From Gammaproteobacteria bacterium (lineage in GTDB: Bacteria > Pseudomonadota > Gammaproteobacteria > JABABF01), in the NCBI GenBank assembly GCA_965237805.1, contig OZ250153.1:128001-192000 (forward strand): DNA of 64,000 nt, in the 5' to 3' direction. The position numbers were made by a program, and so were the translations under genes. Position 1 is the stretch's first letter; each line of letters opens with the position of its first letter. A model generated the notes under the pieces. That model searched no databases and was not told the origin of the DNA. It was given only the letters and a program-made list of their open reading frames with translations. Shown here in pieces: positions 57,202 to 64,000 of this stretch.

Positions 57202-59909
57202 GCGCCGCTCTCGGCGATACGGCACAGCGCGGCACAGGCACAGTTCCGGCAGCTATTTTGATCACGCGGAGTCACCGCTGCCTCTCCGGCGGCAAATTGT
57301 GCTGCCAAGTCTCCCAGGGAATCCCGCCAACGCTGCAGCTGCTGCGTCCAGCTCAGCTGCTCTGGTGCTTGTGGTATCGGTGGGTTAGCCCAGCACTCCA
57401 CTGCACCACGCCAGCGCAGCTGGGCAGCGCGCAGCTCGGCGTAGGCCAAGCCGCGCACTGGTATGCCCTCCTCCTCCAAGGCCAATGCGTAGAGTGGCAA
57501 CTGGGGATTGCTGGGACGCTTTCCACCCCAGTGCCTTTGCAGAGTGCCCTCGTTGGCACCACTCTTGTAATCGATGATGAACAGGCTGGGTATGCCCTGT
57601 TTTGTCAGGGTATCGACACGATCCACGCGCAGGCTGAATGGCACGCCAGACAAGCGCAGCTCGCGCCGCACCTCGCGCAGCGTCACTTGGAAATCCTCCT
57701 CGCGGATCAGCTCGATCTCTTGCAGCCAGCGCATCAGCAGGGCGCGATTACGCTGCGTTTCCAAGTGCCAGAAACGCTGGCGCTCCGGGCTGCCCCAGCG
57801 CCGTTGATCGTTTTGTATTCCGAGCACTGCCGTCGCCACCGAGCTCGCGATCAGTGCCTCCAAGCTGTGCTGCTCGCACTGCTGCAAGCCGTCGCGATCA
57901 CCCAGCACACCCCACAGCTGCTCCAGTGCCGAGTGCAGCAGCTGGCCGCGCACGGCGTTGAACTGCCGCTGTGCCGCTGCCGCCGCGTCCGGCATCGCAC
58001 CGTGCTCGGCGCGCAGTCGGTGCCGGGCCAAGGCACGGAAGGGGCAATCGGACTGGTCGCTCAGCGCACGCCAGGCAAAGCTGCCCTCGGCCTCAGCCAG
58101 CGGTGCGGCTTGCGGCGTGGCGTATTCCTGGGCGTATGTGGCAGCCTTGCTCTGGCTTGTACACCAGCCGATCAGCTCCTTGTCAGGGGCGGTGGCCTGC
58201 GGTGTGGGCATGGCCGCCCATGTTCCAAACAGCACACTGGGGCGAGCGCTCTCGGCATCCTGCGCGCCTTCGGCATAGCTGATGACCAGCTTGTCTGCGG
58301 CGTTTAAAAAAGAATCGCTGAGGCAGCGGGCGTAGTCCAATTCGCGGTGACGATCGGCTCGTGGCATGCCGAGATTGGCCTGCAAGCTACGGGGCAACAG
58401 CGGGTTGGGTTGTTGTTGCAAGGGCCAGTGGGCATCATCCATCGAGCACAGCCACAGATGCGAAAAACGTAGCTGGTCGGCCTCCAATGCGCCCAGCACT
58501 TGTAGCCGTGCCGTGCCGCTACGGGGCTGGAACAGACAGCGTCTGCTGCTGCGGTGCAGCAGGGACAGCGCCTCGGTGCCAGACATCTCGGCGTGGACTT
58601 CATCGCCAGCGGCCAGTTCATCGAGTAACTCACCCCAGCGTCGCAGCAGCTGATACTCGCGGCTGTCCAAAGTGCCCATCGGCCAGCGACAGGCATCGAG
58701 CTGGTCTCGCCACGCCCGCACCCAAGCCGATATCGGGGCACGACGCTGTGGTGCCTTGCGCTGCATCTCAGCCAAGTGGCGACACAAGCCGAGGCCCGCC
58801 CGCTCATCGCTCAGCCCGCGCAGCTGGTGGGGGGCGATCATCTCGCCCAGCCACCGTGTGAGGCGCTCGGCCAGCAGTGTGCACTCGCCATCGTCTATGC
58901 CGAGTGAGAGCGTCGCTGACTGCAACAGGCTGCGCAGCTCCGTCGGTGCTAGGCCCGTCGTCACTAGGCGCAGCAGGGCGAGCGCTGGTGTGATGAGCGC
59001 CTCCCGCGACAGCACCGTGCCGAGCGAGAGGTTGAATGGTAGTTCCGCGCCGTCAGCGGACTCGAGCAAAGCGCCGGGATCGAGCACCTCCAACAGCGTG
59101 GTGCGCAGCTCGGCGCGTCGCTGGGCCAAATTTGGCACCACGATGGCGACGCTGTGCGCTGGATCATCGGCCAGCGCAGCGTGTGCCCAGCGCGCAGCAC
59201 AGCGCAGCTCCTCGCGGGCATCTTCACAGACGACCAACTGTGGCGGCGAGTGCCGCGGGCGCGGGGGTGCGCGCAGCTCGCGCAACGGCGCAGCAGCTTC
59301 GAGCAGTTGGCGGCGCAGCGGTGAGAGTTCGATGAATCCGAACAAGGCGATGGGCTCGCGGCGCGGCAGGCTGCCGTCGACAAAGGCCTCAAGCAGCAGC
59401 TGGGGCAGCGCGGCGCGGCTCTGCCAGCCGCGCTGGCGGCAATGCGCGACGAAGCGCTGTCGCCAGCGCAGGAAGGCCACGCTGTCAGCGCTGGCGGCAA
59501 ATGCAACGGCCTCGGCCGCATGCTCCGGCTGCAGCTGCCATTGCAGCAGCAGATCGTAGGCATCTCGCGCCGATTGCGCCGCCCGTTCGGGGTGCAGCAA
59601 GGCCGTGCCTGTCGCGTCGGTGTCGGCAGCGATGGCCGCCAGCCACAGCGTGAGTTCTTCGCCCTCGCTCAGCAGGCGAAGCGACAGTGCTGTCTCGCCG
59701 CCACGCCAGCGCAGCTCGCGCCACAGTGCGAGGCACCACGGTTGCAAGGCCTGCACCCGCGGCACACGCAATGCGCCCTTGCCATCGTCGCGCTCGCGCG
59801 CGGCGGCGGCGGCGTGCAGGGCATCCGCTAAGCGCTGGTTGGGTGTCAGCAGCTGCATGCCGTCCCGCAGTGCCTCTGACACGCAATCCAAGTCCAATAG
59901 GCTATTCAT
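57198..59909 (-). CDS. PD-(D/E)XK nuclease DNA-repair protein, AddB-like
   Basis: LTPNQRLA inactive helicase N-domain, DCPFRA...RVDRVD...IIDYKSG, QLPLYA, C-terminal CRNC.....C Fe-S staple; coupled to the AddA-like gene. Confidence 0.87.
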   Translation of the reverse strand: MNSLLDLDCVSEALRDGMQLLTPNQRLADALHAAAAARERDDGKGALRVPRVQALQPWCLALWRELRWRGGETALSLRLLSEGEELTLWLAAIAADTDATGTALLHPERAAQSARDAYDLLLQWQLQPEHAAEAVAFAASADSVAFLRWRQRFVAHCRQRGWQSRAALPQLLLEAFVDGSLPRREPIALFGFIELSPLRRQLLEAAAPLRELRAPPRPRHSPPQLVVCEDAREELRCAARWAHAALADDPAHSVAIVVPNLAQRRAELRTTLLEVLDPGALLESADGAELPFNLSLGTVLSREALITPALALLRLVTTGLAPTELRSLLQSATLSLGIDDGECTLLAERLTRWLGEMIAPHQLRGLSDERAGLGLCRHLAEMQRKAPQRRAPISAWVRAWRDQLDACRWPMGTLDSREYQLLRRWGELLDELAAGDEVHAEMSGTEALSLLHRSSRRCLFQPRSGTARLQVLGALEADQLRFSHLWLCSMDDAHWPLQQQPNPLLPRSLQANLGMPRADRHRELDYARCLSDSFLNAADKLVISYAEGAQDAESARPSVLFGTWAAMPTPQATAPDKELIGWCTSQSKAATYAQEYATPQAAPLAEAEGSFAWRALSDQSDCPFRALARHRLRAEHGAMPDAAAAAQRQFNAVRGQLLHSALEQLWGVLGDRDGLQQCEQHSLEALIASSVATAVLGIQNDQRRWGSPERQRFWHLETQRNRALLMRWLQEIELIREEDFQVTLREVRRELRLSGVPFSLRVDRVDTLTKQGIPSLFIIDYKSGANEGTLQRHWGGKRPSNPQLPLYALALEEEGIPVRGLAYAELRAAQLRWRGAVECWANPPIPQAPEQLSWTQQLQRWRDSLGDLAAQFAAGEAAVTPRDQNSCRNCACAALCRIAESGA

Positions 59910-60088
59910 CTTCGGGCGGCGGTGGCTTCGGCGAGTTTAGTTTAACCATGGCTCAGCGCGGGCGTCGCAGTGCTGCGGGCGGCATTGCGATTTCGATGCC
60001 GAATGACGCTCGCCGCTTCGCATTGGCTATAATTGTCGGCACAGCAAAATATGGTGCCGGCACGCAGTGGCGGTGCGATGGTTTTCCC

Positions 60089-61162
60089 ATGCCCAGTCAC
60101 AGCGACATTGAAGATTTACGCATCAGCGGCAAAAGGCGGCTGATCACGCCGCGTGCGCTGAAGCAGGCCTTGGCGGCCAGCGACGAGGTGCGTGCGCTTG
60201 TCGCCACCAGCCGCAAGCAGCTGCGGGCGATTTTTGACGGTCGCGACCAGCGCCTGTTTGTCGTCGTCGGCCCCTGCTCGATTCACGACCCCGAGGCGGC
60301 GTTGGAATATGCCCGGCGGCTCAGCCAGCTGAATGCGGAGATCGGAGATACCATCATGTTGCTGATGCGCGTGTATTTCGAAAAGCCGCGCACCACTACT
60401 GGTTGGAAAGGTTTGGTCAATGATCCTGATTTAGACGATTCTTTTCAGGTCGAAAAAGGCATCCACACGGCTCGCCAGCTGATGTTAGATATCACCGCAC
60501 TGGGCTTGCCGATGGCCACCGAGGCCTTGGATCCGATCATGCCGCAATATTTGCACGATTTGATCACTTGGTCGGCGATCGGTGCGCGCACCACCGAATC
60601 GCAGACACACCGCGAAATCGCCAGCGGCCTGTCTTCGCTGGTGGGTTTCAAGAACGGTACTGACGGCAGTCTGTCGGTGGCGATCAACGCGTTGTTGTCG
60701 GCGCGCCACCCGCATCGCTTCCTCGGTGTCGACGACGATGGCCGGGTAGCGGTGATCGAAACCACTGGCAATCCTTATGCGCATATTGTGTTGCGCGGTG
60801 GGCGCAGCGGGCCGAATTACAATGCCGACAGCATCCGCCGCTGCGAGGACGCTTTGCAAGCCATCAATGCATCGTGCAAAATTGTTGTCGACTGCAGTCA
60901 TGCCAATTCCGATAAGGACTATCACAAGCAACCGGCGGTATTCAAAAATTTGATCAAGCAGCGCTTGGCGGGCACTCAATCCATTGTCGGGGTCATGCTC
61001 GAGAGCCATCTGCACGCTGGGCGCCAAGATTTAAATGGTGATCTGAGCACCCTGCGTTTTGGCGTGTCGATCACCGATGCCTGCATCGATTGGGCGACCA
61101 CCGAGCTGTTGTTGCGCAATTCGGCGAAGCAATTGCGCGATCACATGACACGGCTCGGCTAG
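60089..61162 (+). CDS. 3-deoxy-7-phosphoheptulonate (DAHP) synthase, class I-alpha (AroF/G/H family)
   Basis: GPCSIHD, RVYFEKPRTTTGWKGL, IGARTTESQTHRE, GFKNGTDG, DCSHANS, SITDACI. Confidence 0.96.
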   Translation: MPSHSDIEDLRISGKRRLITPRALKQALAASDEVRALVATSRKQLRAIFDGRDQRLFVVVGPCSIHDPEAALEYARRLSQLNAEIGDTIMLLMRVYFEKPRTTTGWKGLVNDPDLDDSFQVEKGIHTARQLMLDITALGLPMATEALDPIMPQYLHDLITWSAIGARTTESQTHREIASGLSSLVGFKNGTDGSLSVAINALLSARHPHRFLGVDDDGRVAVIETTGNPYAHIVLRGGRSGPNYNADSIRRCEDALQAINASCKIVVDCSHANSDKDYHKQPAVFKNLIKQRLAGTQSIVGVMLESHLHAGRQDLNGDLSTLRFGVSITDACIDWATTELLLRNSAKQLRDHMTRLG

Positions 61163-61181
61163 ATCGCTCAGCGGTAGCGGC

Positions 61182-62114
61182 ATGGCAGCTGCTGAGGCAG
61201 CGACTAAGATGCGGCATTTCCTCTATCTGATGCAGGGCGATGCAGCCTCGATCGAGGCTTATGCCCATCTCGCCGAGCGGGAGCACGCCGATGCCATTTT
61301 CCTGACTTATGACAAGCCATTGGAAGGTGCCCTCTTTGCCCCGGAGACCCGCTGGGGTGAAGGGAGGAACAGACTGCTCGAAGCGGCTTTGGAAAAATCA
61401 GACTATCTGTATTATATTTTCTGTGACAACGATATAGAATTTGAGCGCGGCAGTTGGGATCTCTTCGAGCAACAGCTGTTGCGCTATCGCCCGGCCATCG
61501 CCGTGCCGATGGTCATCCCCAAAACTGCCCCCCTCGCTATCCGTTGGCTTAATTACCAAGCCTGTCTTCTCAATGACGAACAGCTGATCGCCGTTCACCG
61601 TCAAGTGGTCGAGGATCGCATCGCGGTACCATATCAAGAACAATTTGATAGGTATCATTATTGGAGTACTGGCTTGAGCCAACAAATTATCTTGAAAAAT
61701 ATTTACTTCTACGATTTTATACAATTCAATACGGTTTCAGTCAGCAATGAAGCCGAGAGTAGTCATCGTGGCACGCGGGAACAGGCCGTACTGGCCAAGT
61801 CAAAAGCCAGAGAGTGGCTCGGCACCGAATTCAAACGCGCTTATAAATCGGATTGGGAGCATATCCTATACATGCCCCCTTGCTTAGTACGCTGGAGGAG
61901 ACATCTCTTCCAGTTGCGGCGGCGTTGGTACTTTCAGGTGGTAGCCCTATGGCATACGGCGGTGATACGCTTGCGTCGTCTGTTCGGTATCGGCTCAGAC
62001 CACGCCCTAGACGAGCGCAAGCTGAGGCGATTATTGACTCCGGACTCGAAGCTGTTGCGGCAATATTTGCAGTCCGACCCGGCGGGTGGCGATAGCGCTG
62101 GCGATCAGCTGTAA
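61182..62114 (+). CDS. Hypothetical protein, possibly GT-A fold glycosyltransferase-like
   Basis: 310-aa ORF with lower GC; WGEGRN.LLE.A...[10 protein letters not shown] (DxD-like); Arg/Trp-rich C-terminal amphipathic segment; start may be 61209. Confidence 0.55.
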   Translation: MAAAEAATKMRHFLYLMQGDAASIEAYAHLAEREHADAIFLTYDKPLEGALFAPETRWGEGRNRLLEAALEKSDYLYYIFCDNDIEFERGSWDLFEQQLLRYRPAIAVPMVIPKTAPLAIRWLNYQACLLNDEQLIAVHRQVVEDRIAVPYQEQFDRYHYWSTGLSQQIILKNIYFYDFIQFNTVSVSNEAESSHRGTREQAVLAKSKAREWLGTEFKRAYKSDWEHILYMPPCLVRWRRHLFQLRRRWYFQVVALWHTAVIRLRRLFGIGSDHALDERKLRRLLTPDSKLLRQYLQSDPAGGDSAGDQL

Positions 62115-62689
62115 TAGGCTTGGCTGCGGTCGCTGTGGTCGGTCACATCCCGTACGCCGCCCAGTTCTGGAAGTTTTTCCATCATCATTTTTTCGACACC
62201 GTCTTTGAGTGTCACATCGACCATGCCACAACCTTGGCAGCCACCGCCAAAGCGTAACACGGCGATTTGGTCATCGGTGAGCTCGACCAGTGATACCATG
62301 CCGCCATGCTGTGCCAAGTTGGGGTTGATTTCCGTTTGCAGCAGATAGTTGATGCGATCTGGCAGTGGGCTGTCGTCGTCGATGCGCGGTAATTTGGAGT
62401 TGGGTGCCCGGATGGTCAGCTGGCCGCCCATGCGGTCGCTGAGGAAATCAACGCTGGCTTCGGCCAAAAAAGGCATACTGCGTCGATCAAACCAAACGAT
62501 GAAATCTGCATATTCTTGCTGCTCGTCGTCCTCGCTCTTATCCTCGGTGCGACAGTAGGCGATGCAGGTTTCGGCTTGTGGCGTACCGGGGTCGTTGACG
62601 AATATGCGGATACCGATGACCGCATCGTCCTGTTGCTTGTCCAGCAGATCATGCAGATATTGCTGCGCTTCCGCGCTGATTGAGACCAT
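62105..62689 (-). CDS. nfuA: Fe/S biogenesis protein NfuA
   Basis: [60 protein letters not shown]. Confidence 0.96.
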   Translation of the reverse strand: MVSISAEAQQYLHDLLDKQQDDAVIGIRIFVNDPGTPQAETCIAYCRTEDKSEDDEQQEYADFIVWFDRRSMPFLAEASVDFLSDRMGGQLTIRAPNSKLPRIDDDSPLPDRINYLLQTEINPNLAQHGGMVSLVELTDDQIAVLRFGGGCQGCGMVDVTLKDGVEKMMMEKLPELGGVRDVTDHSDRSQAYYS

Positions 62690-62778
62690 GGCACAAGCTC
62701 CGCAAGCGCATAGCGACTGGATACATATATAGTACCTCAAACAGGCGCTCTGTCCACAGTGTACGGCGAGAACTACGG

Positions 62779-64000
62779 ATGCCCTCTATTCTGGCCAGTA
62801 GCGAGGCGTTGCGAGGCGCGATGGCGCAACGCATTCTGCTCATCGATGGTGCCATGGGCACGATGCTACAACGCCATCAGCTCGGTGAGGCCGATTTTCG
62901 CGGTCAGCGCTTCGCCGACCATCCCGTAGATCTGCGCGGCAACAATGATTTGCTGAGTTTGACGCAGGCGGATTTGGTCAGCGAGCTGCACCGTCAGTAC
63001 TGCGAGGCAGGTGCCGACATCATTTGCACCAACAGCTTCAATGCCAATGCCATCTCTCAATCCGATTACGGACTGGAGAATTTGGTGGGCGAGTTGAATC
63101 GCGAGAGCGCCCGCCTCGCCCGCACAGTCGCCGACGAATTTTGCCGCGCTTCGCCGCAGCGTCCGCGCTTCGTCGCCGGTGTGCTCGGCCCCACCAATCG
63201 CACCGCCAGCCTGTCGCCCAAAGTCGAGGATCCGGCCGCTCGCAATGTAGATTTTGAGACCCTGCGTGCAGCCTATTCCGAGGCCGCCCATGCCTTGGTC
63301 GAGGGTGGTGCCGATCTATTTTTGGTGGAGACGGTGTTTGACACGCTCAATGCCAAGGCCGCCCTCTTCGCCCTGCTCGAATACCGTGAGAGCAGTGGCC
63401 GCGACTGGCCGATCATGGTCTCGGTGGCGATTACCGACAACAGTGGCCGCACGCTTTCCGGGCAGACCATCGAGGCCTGTTGGCACTCGCTGCGCCATGC
63501 CGAGCCACTGGCAGTGGGACTCAACTGCTCGCTGGGTGGGAAACAGCTCAGACCACATATCGAGTCCTTGTCGCGCTGTGCTGACACCGCGGTCAGCATG
63601 CACCCGAATGCCGGCCTGCCCAATGCCTTCGGCGGCTATGACGAGACCCCAGAGCAGAGTGCGGCCATCCTTGGCGAAATCGCCGCCGATGGTTATTTGA
63701 ATATGGTTGGTGGCTGTTGTGGCACGACACCTGCGCACATCGCCGCCATCGCCGAGGCCGTCGCCGGGTGCCCTCCCCGCCATTGGCAGGCAGACACGGT
63801 ACCCAGCTGCCGCCTCAGCGGCTTGGAGCCGGTGCGTATCGACGCGCGTGGCGGCAGTTTTGTCAACATTGGCGAGCGCGGCAATATCACCGGATCTGCC
63901 CAATTTGCCGCATTGATCCGAGCTGAGGATTACAGCGGCGCGTTGTCGGTGGTACAGCAGCAAGTCGAGGCCGGAGCGCAGATCATCGACATCAATATGG
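62779..64000 (+). CDS. metH: Cobalamin-dependent methionine synthase, 5' part (runs off window end)
   Basis: [80 protein letters not shown]; absent from the ORF track because it has no stop in the window. Confidence 0.96.
   Translation, partial: MPSILASSEALRGAMAQRILLIDGAMGTMLQRHQLGEADFRGQRFADHPVDLRGNNDLLSLTQADLVSELHRQYCEAGADIICTNSFNANAISQSDYGLENLVGELNRESARLARTVADEFCRASPQRPRFVAGVLGPTNRTASLSPKVEDPAARNVDFETLRAAYSEAAHALVEGGADLFLVETVFDTLNAKAALFALLEYRESSGRDWPIMVSVAITDNSGRTLSGQTIEACWHSLRHAEPLAVGLNCSLGGKQLRPHIESLSRCADTAVSMHPNAGLPNAFGGYDETPEQSAAILGEIAADGYLNMVGGCCGTTPAHIAAIAEAVAGCPPRHWQADTVPSCRLSGLEPVRIDARGGSFVNIGERGNITGSAQFAALIRAEDYSGALSVVQQQVEAGAQIIDINM

Overview
About 64 kb of a GC-rich gammaproteobacterial chromosome with a Pseudomonadales/Cellvibrionales-like gene order. 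A host-associated marine lifestyle is plausible but is inference only. The window appears to span the replication terminus. A 28-bp XerC/XerD dif site lies at 15922-15949, overlapping the probable start codon of prc, and KOPS-like GGGNAGGG octamers found by eye mostly point towards it from both sides. Left part: icd(3' end)-clpS-clpA-infA-trxB-ftsK-lolA-rarA-(crcB pseudogene)-serS-cysG-gor-prc-nhaB-dnaQ-rnhA-gloB. Next is a tightly packed ~11.5-kb putative operon: an MltD-type lytic transglycosylase with a ~150-aa helical insertion in its catalytic domain, a lipoprotein M3 oligopeptidase, an Opp-type ABC importer and two tandem lipoprotein MptpB/LipA-type phosphatases. The middle and right parts hold many actinobacterial-like lipid/steroid catabolism genes (ketosteroid dehydrogenase-like flavoprotein, SnoaL/NTF2 proteins, crotonase, putative F420-dependent LLM/PPOX enzymes, acyl-CoA ligase, carboxyltransferase). 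They also hold a GT10 fucosyltransferase-like gene flanked by relic gene fragments, bcp, rmuC, moaCDE, an AddAB-like pair, DAHP synthase, an orphan glycosyltransferase-like gene, nfuA and the 5' part of metH. No rRNA, tRNA, CRISPR array, transposase or integrase was recognised. All calls come from motif recognition by eye; no database searches were run.
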